Below, piece by piece: positions 35,321 to 44,164 of a DNA stretch of 64,000 bases (position 1 is the first letter of the stretch; each line of letters begins with the position of its first letter). This DNA is from an uncultured Thermoplasmata archaeon. GTDB taxonomy: Archaea > Thermoplasmatota > DTKX01 > GCA-020343715. Both the position numbers and the translations under genes were made by a program. The notes under the pieces are model-generated. The model ran no database searches, was not told the origin of the DNA, and saw nothing but the letters and a program-made list of their open reading frames with translations. The stretch spans positions 65,116 through 129,115 of the forward strand of contig CAYGVT010000070.1 of NCBI GenBank assembly GCA_964353355.1, written 5' to 3'.

Positions 35321-36599
35321 GCTCCACCGCGAACGTAATCCTTCCCGCGGACCGTTGCGAGAGGTCCAGGTAGACGGCCCGCTGCCTCACCAGGTCCATG
35401 AGGCCCACCTGGTCGCCGTCGACGTCCACGAAGAGGTCGAAGGGGTTGGCCGTCGCATCGAAGGTCAGGTCCAGCACCGCGACGGTCCTCAGGTTCTCGA
35501 GGATGGCGTGGAGGAGCGCCTCCCTGAGGGCGAGGCGCCGGTTAGGGCGCTGGACGTTGAGCTGCACGGGGAGCCACGGTCCCACGATGAGCCCCCGCTG
35601 CTGCAGCCCCTCCACCTTGGCCTTGAGCTCGCTAGGCGCGACCATGTCGACTTTGTTGAGCAGCGAGAAGATGGGCGGCGTCTCCTCGGCCCGCTTGAGG
35701 ATCTCCAGGGACGTCATGGCCTTGCGCTCGAGCACGTCCGCCGGCTCCCCGACGTCGAGCACGAGCAGCACCAGGTCGGACGAGTAGAGCTCCTCGAGGG
35801 TGGAGTTGAACGCCTCGATGAGCCAGGGTGGCAGGTCCTCGATGAAACCGACCGTGTCGTTGATGAGGATGCGCCCCTCGATGCCCTCCACGCTCCTCGA
35901 GAGCGGGCTGAGGGTCGAGAACATGCGCGAGTCGACCTCGGCGCCGGCCTCGGTCAGCAGGTTGAGCGCCGAGGTCTTGCCCGCGTTGGTGTACCCCGCG
36001 ACGCTCACGGTCACGTAGGACCGTCGCTGCCGGCCCTTCCGTCTCACCTCGCGCACGCGCACAACATCCTCCAGCTCCCGCTGGATGCGCGCCATGCGCC
36101 GGGTTATCTCCGTCAGGTACTGGTGGGTGCCGACCTCGCCGCCCGCCAGGAGGCCGGGATGCTCGCCGCGCTTTGAGAGGCTTATGGTCTCTTTGATGAA
36201 CGGCACGCGGTGCTTGAGGGTCGCGAGCTCGACCTGCAGCCTCGCCTCCGGGCTGGCCGCGCGGGAGGTGAAGATCTCCAGGATGAGGCGGACGCGGTCG
36301 TAGACCTCGAGCCCCGTCGCGGACTGCAACCCGTGCACCTGGGATGGCTTGAGCTCGCCGTTGACGACGATGAGGTCGGCCCCGAGCTCCTTCGCCTTGT
36401 CCTTGACCTCCTCGGTCTTGCCCTTGCCGATGAAGGTCCTGGGGTCCGGCTGGTCGCGCCGCTGGACCTCGACCGAGGCGACCTCGAGCCCGAGCGCCTC
36501 GACGAGGGCACGGGTCTCGCGGTAGTCGTTCCGCGTCGAAACGAGCACGCACTTGCGCGCGTCGCGCGCGCCGCCCGCCCGTTCCTCCGGCACCGCCAT
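35217..36599 (-). CDS. hflX: GTPase HflX
   Basis: G1 GYTNAGKTSALN, G3 DTVGF, G4 NKVD; HflX N-domain; ATG 36599 (GTG 36623 alternative); C-terminal about 30 aa encoded in the AT-rich island. Confidence 0.85.
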   Translation of the reverse strand: MAVPEERAGGARDARKCVLVSTRNDYRETRALVEALGLEVASVEVQRRDQPDPRTFIGKGKTEEVKDKAKELGADLIVVNGELKPSQVHGLQSATGLEVYDRVRLILEIFTSRAASPEARLQVELATLKHRVPFIKETISLSKRGEHPGLLAGGEVGTHQYLTEITRRMARIQRELEDVVRVREVRRKGRQRRSYVTVSVAGYTNAGKTSALNLLTEAGAEVDSRMFSTLSPLSRSVEGIEGRILINDTVGFIEDLPPWLIEAFNSTLEELYSSDLVLLVLDVGEPADVLERKAMTSLEILKRAEETPPIFSLLNKVDMVAPSELKAKVEGLQQRGLIVGPWLPVQLNVQRPNRRLALREALLHAILENLRTVAVLDLTFDATANPFDLFVDVDGDQVGLMDLVRQRAVYLDLSQRSAGRITFAVERKFHAKLNEIIENMPGRPLRLIYHDKTSSSDAKV

Positions 36600-36792
36600 G
36601 GGCTGCGGTAGTGCGTTCCCCACGAAAAAGCCTCCGTTCCCCCGATGAGGTCGCCGCGGCGGGTGGCCGTGGGTTGGCTGGGGGGGCTACCGTCAGGTCG
36701 CTGGGGGGGTTGATGCGGGGGACGCCGCCCGGACCGATGCGGGTGCCTCTCTCGGCGGTCGCCGCGCCGCAGGGGTCGTCCGCTATCTGCCC

Positions 36793-36816
36793 TTCCACAG
36801 GAAACGGTGGGGTGGG
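36793..36816 (+). promoter_or_regulatory. ORB-like origin recognition box TTCCACAGGAAACGGTGGGGTGGG
   Basis: Close match to the archaeal ORB consensus (TTCCA-N-TGGAAAC ... GGGGT G-string), 150 bp upstream of orc1/cdc6. Confidence 0.45.
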
Positions 36817-36837
36817 TCTCGTCCCGGGGCAGGTGGC

Positions 36838-36851
36838 GAAAAGATATTTCT
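36838..36851 (+). promoter_or_regulatory. AT-rich TATA-like element aaaagatatttcta between the two ORB-like boxes
   Basis: Only AT-rich stretch in the hflX-cdc6 spacer; possible cdc6 promoter. Confidence 0.3.
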
Positions 36852-36907
36852 ACCCACCTGCGCATTAGCCCGAATCCCCGCGCCCCCCTCGGATCTCTCC
36901 CGGACAA

Positions 36908-36929
36908 TTCCACGAGAAGAGGAGGGGTG
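36908..36929 (+). promoter_or_regulatory. Second, weaker ORB-like element TTCCACGAGAAGAGGAGGGGTG (direct orientation)
   Basis: Shares the TTCCAC head and GGGGT G-string at similar spacing with the 36793 element. Confidence 0.3.
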
Positions 36930-36964
36930 CCTGGACAGCCTTTCGCGCACCGGTGGGGAGGGAG

Positions 36965-38218
36965 ATGGAGCAGGAGACCGTTAACGTATTCGAGCAGTTC
37001 GCGGAGGTCCGGCCCATCTTCAAGAAGGACCGGGACATACTGCGCCCATCCTACATCCCCGACAGCCTGCCCCATCGCACGAAGCAGATCGAGGCGCTCG
37101 CGTCCATCCTCGCGACCGCCCTGCAGGGGAACCGGCCGTCCAACGTGCTCATCTTCGGCAAGACGGGAACCGGCAAGACGGCCGTGGTCAAGTACCTGGG
37201 GAAGGAGATCAAATCCGCGCACGAGCGCAACGAGGGCCGGTTCCTGGCGGTCAACTTCATCTACATCAACTGCCAGGTCGTGGACACCCACTACGGGGTC
37301 CTCGCCCACGTGGGCAACTACTTCATCCAGGACTGGGACTCGCGCATCCCCTTCACGGGCTGGTCGACCGAGAAGGTGTACAACGAGCTCAAGCAGCAGA
37401 TAGACGCGCACGAGACCGTGACCGTCATCGTGCTGGACGAGGTGGACAAGCTGGTGTACAAGAGCGGCGACGACGTGCTGTTCCACCTGAGCGAGATCAA
37501 CGACGACCTGAAGCGGGGCAAGCTCTCCATCATCGGCATCTCCAACGACCTCAAGTTCACCGAGTTCCTCGACACGCGCGTGCGCAGCCGGCTGGGCGAG
37601 GAGCGGCTCGTGTTCCCGCCCTACAACGCCAACCAGCTGCAGGACATCCTGCGCCAGCGCGCGGACCTGGCCTTCTGCGATGACGCCGTGGACGGCGCCG
37701 TCATCTCGCTGTGCTCCGCGCTCGCGGCCCAGGAGCACGGCGACGCCCGCCGCGCGCTCGACCTGCTGCGCGTCTCGGCCGAGCTCTCCGAGCGCGACCA
37801 CGCGCCCAGGGTGACCGAGCAGTACGTGCAGAAGGCGGTGAGCAAGCTCGAGCTGGACGCGGTCGAGGAGGTCGTGTCCACCCTGCCCACGCAGTCCAAG
37901 CTCGTCCTTCTGGGGATCTACATCAACGAGCGCGACGGCTCGACGCAGTCCACCACGGGCGAGGTCTACGACACCTACCGGGAGCTCTGCCGCCAGCTGG
38001 GCATGGCGCACCTGACCCAGCGCCGCGTCACCGACCTCATATCGGAGCTGGACATGCTGGGCATCATCAATGCCCGCCTCAAGTCCTTCGGCAGGGGCGG
38101 CCGCACGCGCGAGATATCGCTGGCGGTGTCGATGTACGAGATCGCCGACGTCCTCAGGCAGGACGACATCGTCAAGGACCTGCTGGACGCCCGGCCGCAC
38201 CAGACCACCCTGATATGA
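36965..38218 (+). CDS. cdc6: Orc1/Cdc6 replication initiator (AAA+ with C-terminal winged helix)
   Basis: Walker A GKTGTGKTA, Walker B VIVLDEVD, sensor motifs, C-terminal wH; ATG 36965 preceded by GGAGGGAG. Confidence 0.9.
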   Translation: MEQETVNVFEQFAEVRPIFKKDRDILRPSYIPDSLPHRTKQIEALASILATALQGNRPSNVLIFGKTGTGKTAVVKYLGKEIKSAHERNEGRFLAVNFIYINCQVVDTHYGVLAHVGNYFIQDWDSRIPFTGWSTEKVYNELKQQIDAHETVTVIVLDEVDKLVYKSGDDVLFHLSEINDDLKRGKLSIIGISNDLKFTEFLDTRVRSRLGEERLVFPPYNANQLQDILRQRADLAFCDDAVDGAVISLCSALAAQEHGDARRALDLLRVSAELSERDHAPRVTEQYVQKAVSKLELDAVEEVVSTLPTQSKLVLLGIYINERDGSTQSTTGEVYDTYRELCRQLGMAHLTQRRVTDLISELDMLGIINARLKSFGRGGRTREISLAVSMYEIADVLRQDDIVKDLLDARPHQTTLI

Positions 38219-38370
38219 GGGATAAGGGCCGACGGGCTGGACAGGGGCGCGCGGGGAACGTGCGGACGGTGTGAGGAGGGTGCTCTGGAGGTCGATGGGG
38301 CCCAGAGGCCACCAGTCCGGTGCTCGTCTGAACCGCTGGCAGCCATGTGTCCCGACCTGGCGCCGCGGCC

Positions 38371-39381
38371 CTAATCGGACCCGTCATCGCCTTCAGGGGG
38401 ACGGCGCCGGAACATATCGAGGAGCCCGGCGAGAGGGCCGCCAGGCGCTCGGGTCCCCTCCTCGCCCTCCTCGGGCTCGCCCTTGGCGACCCCCCGGGCG
38501 CCCCGCCGCCGCTTCCCCCGCCCGCCGCCCGCCTCGCGGGCCTTGGGCCTGCGCGCCCTGACCTCGAGCGAGAGCGTGTCCACCAGCATCGGCAGCACGA
38601 TGAGCAGCGCCACCGTCAGGGCAAGGTCATTGCCGCTGTTGGATGGGGCCTTGTGGAGCTTGGTCTGGCCGTTCGCCCACAGCTTGATGAGGCCGAACCA
38701 TGGCAGCTCGCCGCGCGCCACCCCGACGACCCACGCGTCCTTGACGGGCTCCACGAGGGGAGATGTGCCGGTGGGCGGCGCGCCGGCGCCGGTCCAGGAA
38801 GGGAGGCTCACCTGGTCAGCCTCGCGGTTGTGGTCGCCCTTCGTGACGTAGCCGCTGTGCGGCGGCCGCCCCTGGAAGTTCTGGAGGATGCGCGCCACGT
38901 CGACGTAGAGGTCGATCTCCTCGCGCTCGCCTGTGTGGTAGGAGGTGAGCCCCCGTACGTAAAATCCGTGGGCCTCGTTGAGGACGTCAAGCGTGGGCAC
39001 GTCGTAGGAGCCGCCCGTTTGGTTGTACTCGAGCCAGACGATGACGCGATGGATGATGGGGGTGGTCCCCGTAAGCCCGTTCTTGTGGTAGACGACGACG
39101 TCGCCGAAGTCACCGTGCCGGTCGTACCCCCTATCCCGCCCCTCGACCCAGGTGGTCACGCCCCCCGCCCGCCCGAGGGTCCTGACGAAGGTCAGGTCGC
39201 CAGTGTCGATGACGCCGACCTCGGACCATTCGTTCGAGTGCTGCATGCTCTCGGACTCGACCACGACCATGGGCGGCCACCGGCCACCGTAGACGTAGAG
39301 GGCCGCGAGGATGACCACGACGACGACCACGGCCGTGAGCACGTCCCGGAGGAGGGACATCACCTGGCGGCGCGTGGACAT
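38371..39381 (-). CDS. Signal peptidase I (archaeal Sec11/S26B type) with C-terminal TM and disordered tail
   Basis: N-terminal TM, catalytic Ser box VVESESMQHS, His box, KGDHN motif; second TM LTVALLIVLPMLV and Arg/Gly-rich tail. Confidence 0.75.
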   Translation of the reverse strand: MSTRRQVMSLLRDVLTAVVVVVVILAALYVYGGRWPPMVVVESESMQHSNEWSEVGVIDTGDLTFVRTLGRAGGVTTWVEGRDRGYDRHGDFGDVVVYHKNGLTGTTPIIHRVIVWLEYNQTGGSYDVPTLDVLNEAHGFYVRGLTSYHTGEREEIDLYVDVARILQNFQGRPPHSGYVTKGDHNREADQVSLPSWTGAGAPPTGTSPLVEPVKDAWVVGVARGELPWFGLIKLWANGQTKLHKAPSNSGNDLALTVALLIVLPMLVDTLSLEVRARRPKAREAGGGRGKRRRGARGVAKGEPEEGEEGTRAPGGPLAGLLDMFRRRPPEGDDGSD

Positions 39382-39405
39382 CGGACCTGGGCCTCCTGGC
39401 CGCCG

Positions 39406-40569
39406 TCATGCGCGCCGCCGGTCATTAAGGTTCGCACGCCCATCGTCCCGTGACGGGGCCGGGTCGACGTACCTGTACACCACCCGGGACGGTTGCGAAG
39501 GGGGCGGGGGGGGGCCCGCCTGCCCAGCGGGCGGGGAGGGGTCCCACTCGACATGCGGGGGGGCAGGCTCCCCCGCCCATTGGTCCGGGGCGGGGGCCGC
39601 GATGCGGTAGGCGACGGGCGGGCCCGCGACCGCCGGCGCGGGGGGCCAAGAGGCCGGCACGGGCCGTCCGGCCGATGGACCCCCCTCGACCTCCCCCGAC
39701 CGCCGGCGCAGCAGCCACAGCCTGCGCCAGGGGGTGGGGGCCCCCTCCTGCCGCGAGGCCGCGACGAGAGCGATTGCCAGGTCGATGAGCACCGGCACGG
39801 TGACCAGGAGGGCCACGGTGATGAGGAGGTCGTACCAGCTGTTCGGGGGGACCGCCTGGCCGGTGCCGCCGAACCACAGCTTGAGGATGCCGAACCAGGG
39901 GAGCTCTCCCCGGCTCACGCCCACGACCCACTCGCGCAGCACGGGCTCGGCCCGTGGGGTCGTGCCAGCGGGCTGCTGCTCCCAGAACAGGCTGATCTGG
40001 TCGATGTTGGGGTTGTTGTCGCCCTTGGTGAGGTAGCCCCCGTGGGGAGCGCCGTGGCCAATGAAGTTGTCCAGCACGACCTGCAGATTGACAGGCAGGT
40101 CCATCGCCGTCTCCGAGCCGGTGTGATAGGTCCGCAGCCCCCGCAGCGTGATGTGCAGCGTGTCCCGCTCGCCCAGCGACGGCACGTCGAACGAGGCGCC
40201 CGTCGTGGAGTTGAGCTCGACCCACACCATCGCGCGGTGGATGACCGGCGTGTACTCCCTCAGCCCGTTCTTGTGGAAGACGATGACGTCCCCGTAGTTG
40301 CCGTAGGTCGAGTGCCCGGTGGCCTTGCCCTCCGCCCACGTGACGATGTGGCCGGACCGTTCGGACGACCGGACGAGGGTGAGGTCACCGGTGTCGATGA
40401 TGCCCACGGCGGACGAGTCCCCAGAGTGCTGCATGCTGCCGGATTCGATTACCACCATCGGGGGCCACATGCCCGCGTAGGCCCAGAGGCTCCCCAGGAC
40501 GACCAGGACGACGCAGGCCGAGCCGACGACGTCCCGGAGCAGGGGCTTGAACCTTTCCATCGATGCCAT
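39406..40569 (-). CDS. Signal peptidase I paralog (tandem duplicate) with C-terminal TM and Pro-rich tail
   Basis: [10 protein letters not shown] Ser box, KGDNN motif, same architecture as the downstream paralog; about 110-aa Pro/Ala-rich C-terminal tail. Confidence 0.75.
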   Translation of the reverse strand: MASMERFKPLLRDVVGSACVVLVVLGSLWAYAGMWPPMVVIESGSMQHSGDSSAVGIIDTGDLTLVRSSERSGHIVTWAEGKATGHSTYGNYGDVIVFHKNGLREYTPVIHRAMVWVELNSTTGASFDVPSLGERDTLHITLRGLRTYHTGSETAMDLPVNLQVVLDNFIGHGAPHGGYLTKGDNNPNIDQISLFWEQQPAGTTPRAEPVLREWVVGVSRGELPWFGILKLWFGGTGQAVPPNSWYDLLITVALLVTVPVLIDLAIALVAASRQEGAPTPWRRLWLLRRRSGEVEGGPSAGRPVPASWPPAPAVAGPPVAYRIAAPAPDQWAGEPAPPHVEWDPSPPAGQAGPPPPPSQPSRVVYRYVDPAPSRDDGRANLNDRRRA

Positions 40570-40737
40570 CGGGCCACCAGGGAGGACGCCCCCATGACGG
40601 CACGTCCGTATTTATCCCTTGCGCGGCTAGGTGCACGCCCAGGGGGGGCAAGGTGGACATCTCCGGCCCACGTCGCCACCGACCCTCCGTGGCATCCGCC
40701 CAAACCTATTTTACTGGCATCCGACCTTTCCAGGGCG

Positions 40738-41250
40738 ATGACGGACGACCGCATGGGGCTGGACGAGTACTTCATGCGGGTCGCGTTCCTGGTGAGCCAG
40801 CGCTCGACCTGCCTGCGCCGCAGGGTCGGCGCAATCGTCGTGAAGCAGAAGCGCATCCTCACGACGGGCTACAACGGGGCGCCCCGCAACATCCCCCACT
40901 GCCTCGAGGTCGGGTGCCTGCGAGAGCAGCTGGGCATCAAGCCAGGCGAGCGGCACGAGCTGTGCCGCGGCGTGCACGCCGAGCAGAACGCCATCATCCA
41001 GTCGGCCGTCTTCGGCGTGCCCATCGAGGGCGGCACGCTCTACACCACGACCTTCCCCTGCGTGCTCTGCTCGAAGATAATCATCAACGCCGGGCTCAAG
41101 GAAGTGGTCTACTCCAAGGGCTACCTTGACGACCTGAGCAAGCAGATGCTCGAGCAGAGCGGCATCCTGCTGCGGCGCATCGCACCCCCGGATGGCGCCG
41201 ACGCCAAGCCCATAGGCGACGGGGACGAGTGCGACCTGTCGATGTGCTGA
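40738..41250 (+). CDS. dCMP/cytidine deaminase family (ComEB-like)
   Basis: Zinc motifs HAEQNAI and PCVLC; 170 aa; TATA-like cctattttact about 28 bp upstream (leaderless). Confidence 0.85.
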   Translation: MTDDRMGLDEYFMRVAFLVSQRSTCLRRRVGAIVVKQKRILTTGYNGAPRNIPHCLEVGCLREQLGIKPGERHELCRGVHAEQNAIIQSAVFGVPIEGGTLYTTTFPCVLCSKIIINAGLKEVVYSKGYLDDLSKQMLEQSGILLRRIAPPDGADAKPIGDGDECDLSMC

Positions 41251-41311
41251 GCGCCCTGGGATGGTCACTCCCAGGTGTCGGAATAGGGAAGACATATTTA
41301 ATTAGCCCAGG

Positions 41312-42124
41312 GTGGATGCCCCGATGGCCCTGGAGGATGCGGCGAGCGCCTGGGTCGAGTGCGAACCCCAGGAGGTCGAGGCCCTGACCGAAGACGTCTC
41401 CTCATTCAAGACGGTCGACGACTGGGAGGGCGACGCCACCATCATGCTCACGAGGGGCGACATCTTCGGGGCGCTGCACATCTACGAGGAGATCCTCAAG
41501 GTCTACCCGCAGTACACCAAGGCCTGGTACAACCGGGCGGTCATCCTGGCGGCGTACGTCAAGGACTACCGCGCGGCCCTGTGGGCCTACGACCAGGCGC
41601 TGGCCATCGAGCCCAAGAACCCCGACATACTTCATAACAAGGCCAAGCTCATGCTCGACCTCGGGATGTACGATGAGGCGGAGAAGGGGTTCATCAAGGT
41701 GCTGCAGCAGCGGCCCAACTACACCAAGTCCCTGATGGGGCTCGCGATAGCCTGCGTCAACACGGGCAGGTTCGTGGATGCCAACCGCGCCATCGAGCTG
41801 GCCGAGAGGCACAAGCTCGCCAAGGACGAGAAGGCCAACCTGCTCTCCCTCAAGGCCATCGTCCTCAACAACATCGGCAAGAGCAAGCAGTCCGTCAAGG
41901 TGGCCAAGGCCGCGCTCGCCCTCAACCCCAAGGACGACTCGCTGTGGGAGACGATGGGCATCTCCTACTACAACCTCAAGAAGTTCCGCGAGTCCATCGC
42001 CTGCCTGAACCGGGCGATACAGCTCAATCCCCAGGGCGCGAGCGCCAGGCAGATGAAGCGCGACATCCTTGACAGCCTCGCGGACATGGGCATCACGGTC
42101 CACGACGACGAGCCGGGCCTGTAG
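41312..42124 (+). CDS. TPR-repeat protein
   Basis: At least 5 34-aa TPR-like repeats (AWYNRAVILAAY..., ILHNKAKLMLDLGMYDEA..., SLWETMGISYYNLKKFRESI...). Confidence 0.7.
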   Translation: MDAPMALEDAASAWVECEPQEVEALTEDVSSFKTVDDWEGDATIMLTRGDIFGALHIYEEILKVYPQYTKAWYNRAVILAAYVKDYRAALWAYDQALAIEPKNPDILHNKAKLMLDLGMYDEAEKGFIKVLQQRPNYTKSLMGLAIACVNTGRFVDANRAIELAERHKLAKDEKANLLSLKAIVLNNIGKSKQSVKVAKAALALNPKDDSLWETMGISYYNLKKFRESIACLNRAIQLNPQGASARQMKRDILDSLADMGITVHDDEPGL

Positions 42125-42131
42125 GGGCCTC

Positions 42132-42986
42132 ATGCGGGGGAGGCGGAGCATGGGCGAAGAGGGCGAGGGAGGCGCACCGGGCACGGGAGGCGCACCGGGC
42201 ACGGGAGGGGGCACCTCCGGGGAGGGGGGGACGGACGACGTCGGCATGGAGGGGGTCGTCCCTGCCATCGGGGCCTGCGCCAACTGCGGCTCCCCCGTAT
42301 CGGAGGGGACCGCCCGGGTCTTCTACGAGGTGCCCACCTGCCCCGACTGCTTCCACGCCCTGGGGCTGATGCGGCTGGCGCTCGTGCCCGCGCCGGAGGA
42401 GGACGCGCTGCTCGCGCGCGCGATTTGCGAGGGCATCGGGCCCCTGTCGATAGTACAGGAACTGCGCATGACGGGCCTGGCGAAGTTCGCGGGCCTCCTG
42501 CCGCAGACGCTGGGGGGCGAGCTGGTCGCCTCGGCCGCCGTGGCGGCCGGCAGGCTCGACGCCTCGGGCGTCATCAGGACGGCCATCGCCGCGCGGGCCG
42601 TCGCGCGCGACGGCACGGACAGGGTCCGCGCGGACGGCGGCACCGTCAACGTCCTGCTCCACCTCGCCAGCCTCCTCATCTACGAGATCGCCATCGCCGC
42701 CATGGTCCGCGCCGGCGTGGTCCGGAGGGGTCCCATGGGCGAGGAGGGCGAGTGGCAGTACGAGTACCTGGAGGACGCGCCCCCCGCCGACGGCACGGGC
42801 CCCGCCCCCGGCACCGGCGGCATCGCCACCCCCCCCGGCGACGACCGGGCCTCCTTTGTCCCCTACGCGAGGGACATGCGCGCCTCCGGAGACGCCCTGC
42901 TCTCGGACCTGGAGGGCCTGCCGGGCGTCGACCGCGCGCACGTGGCAAGGCTGAGGAAGCGCCTCGGGGAGCTCCTCAAGGCCTGA
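42132..42986 (+). CDS. Hypothetical protein with Gly-rich N-terminus and zinc ribbon (CANCGSP...CPDC)
   Basis: ATG 42132 (TTG 42069 and ATG 42150 alternatives); duplicated GAPGTGG encoded by a 21-bp direct repeat; CxxCG-x16-CxxC. Confidence 0.5.
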   Translation: MRGRRSMGEEGEGGAPGTGGAPGTGGGTSGEGGTDDVGMEGVVPAIGACANCGSPVSEGTARVFYEVPTCPDCFHALGLMRLALVPAPEEDALLARAICEGIGPLSIVQELRMTGLAKFAGLLPQTLGGELVASAAVAAGRLDASGVIRTAIAARAVARDGTDRVRADGGTVNVLLHLASLLIYEIAIAAMVRAGVVRRGPMGEEGEWQYEYLEDAPPADGTGPAPGTGGIATPPGDDRASFVPYARDMRASGDALLSDLEGLPGVDRAHVARLRKRLGELLKA

Positions 42987-43151
42987 CCGGGCCGGCTCAT
43001 GGGAAATCCAACGGACATCGGGGCCCCGGTCAATGGATGGGTCCCCCTTTCATTAGGTCCTAACGTTGCCCTTATGTCAACGCCCTATTGTACATGAACG
43101 TGCGCGAGGGAGGTCGGGCCGTGTCCCGGGGTGTCTCCTCGCAGTGAGGGC

Positions 43152-43853
43152 CTAGCCTTCCCCCATGCCCTCGGGCCAGTAGACGGCATCGTCCTCCTCC
43201 TCCGGTTCCTCCCCCCGTGACGGGAACGACGTCCAGTCCAACGCCCCGCCGCCGGTGTGGCCGAGCGCGCACACGTAGACCTCGGAGGAGGCCTTCCTGG
43301 AGGCCTCCGGCTTGGCGCGCTTGACGCGCTCGAACCTCGTGCGAAGCGCGGCAACGAAGGGGCCCAGCTCAGTTCCTGCGAAAAGCTTCACGAGCAACCC
43401 CCCGCCCGGCCGGAGCATGGGCAGCCCGAAGTCGACCGCGAGGCGCCCGAGCTCCACCGATCGCGCGTGGTCGACGTCGTAGGCGCCCGAGATGTTCGGG
43501 GACATGTCAGAAAGGACCGCATCGACCGCCCTGCCCCCGAGGGCGGCGCGGACCTCGTTCTGCGTGCTCGGCTCCCGCAGGTCGCCCTTCACGAAGACGA
43601 CGCCCTCGACCGGCTCGACCGCGTCCAGGTCGACGCCCACCACGAAGCCCCTCCGTCCCGCGACCTGGGCGGCCACCTGGCTCCAACCGCCGGGCGCGCA
43701 TCCCAGGTCGAGCACCACGGCTCCCGGACGCACAAGGCGGAACCGCCGGTTGAGCTGCAGGAGCTTGTAAGACGCGCGGCTGCGGTAGTCCTCCCGTTTC
43801 GCCCTGCGGGTATAGGGGTCCCGCCGGTGCTCGATGACCCACCGCTTGCTCAT
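43152..43853 (-). CDS. rlmE: rRNA large subunit 2'-O-methyltransferase RlmE/FtsJ
   Basis: SAM-binding VLDLGCAPGGWSQV and FtsJ K-D-K-E catalytic residues; ATG 43853. Confidence 0.85.
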   Translation of the reverse strand: MSKRWVIEHRRDPYTRRAKREDYRSRASYKLLQLNRRFRLVRPGAVVLDLGCAPGGWSQVAAQVAGRRGFVVGVDLDAVEPVEGVVFVKGDLREPSTQNEVRAALGGRAVDAVLSDMSPNISGAYDVDHARSVELGRLAVDFGLPMLRPGGGLLVKLFAGTELGPFVAALRTRFERVKRAKPEASRKASSEVYVCALGHTGGGALDWTSFPSRGEEPEEEDDAVYWPEGMGEG

Positions 43854-43983
43854 CGGGGGCCGCAAGGGTCGCGGGGGGCATAAGGTTGCCGTCCTGCCGA
43901 CCATCCCGACGGCATTGCCCCGCGAGGATGGATAAAAGGCGCGCCCCGCGCTCCCGCGAATCTCACGCGGGCCCGTCATGTAC

Positions 43984-44003
43984 CGTTCACCTAATGGTGA
44001 ACG
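43984..44003. promoter_or_regulatory. Perfect palindrome CGTTCACC-taat-GGTGAACG in the divergent rlmE / surface-cluster spacer
   Basis: 8-bp arms, 4-bp AT loop, seen directly; followed by AT-rich atgtacatttttgcacgtttacatgca and TATA-like ctttttatat (44081-44090). Confidence 0.35.
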
Positions 44004-44164
44004 ATGGTGCGAAATGTACATTTTTGCACGTTTACATGCAGATGGCCGTGATTCCGAAAATGGACCGGGGGTAGCGATAACTTTTTATATCCTCATGGGG
44101 CTCATCCGCAGTAACCGGAGGGAATCGTACGACTGCAAAGAGAGTAGTAGCCTTAGCGAGCCTG

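Noticed and set aside
36182-38200. 672-aa minus-strand ORF
   Set aside because: Antisense to orc1/cdc6 (Walker A/B present on plus strand)
39493-40737. Upstream 415 codons of the plus-strand ORF ending in dCMP deaminase
   Set aside because: Antisense to the second signal peptidase; the deaminase domain starts at ATG 40738 with its own TATA-like element
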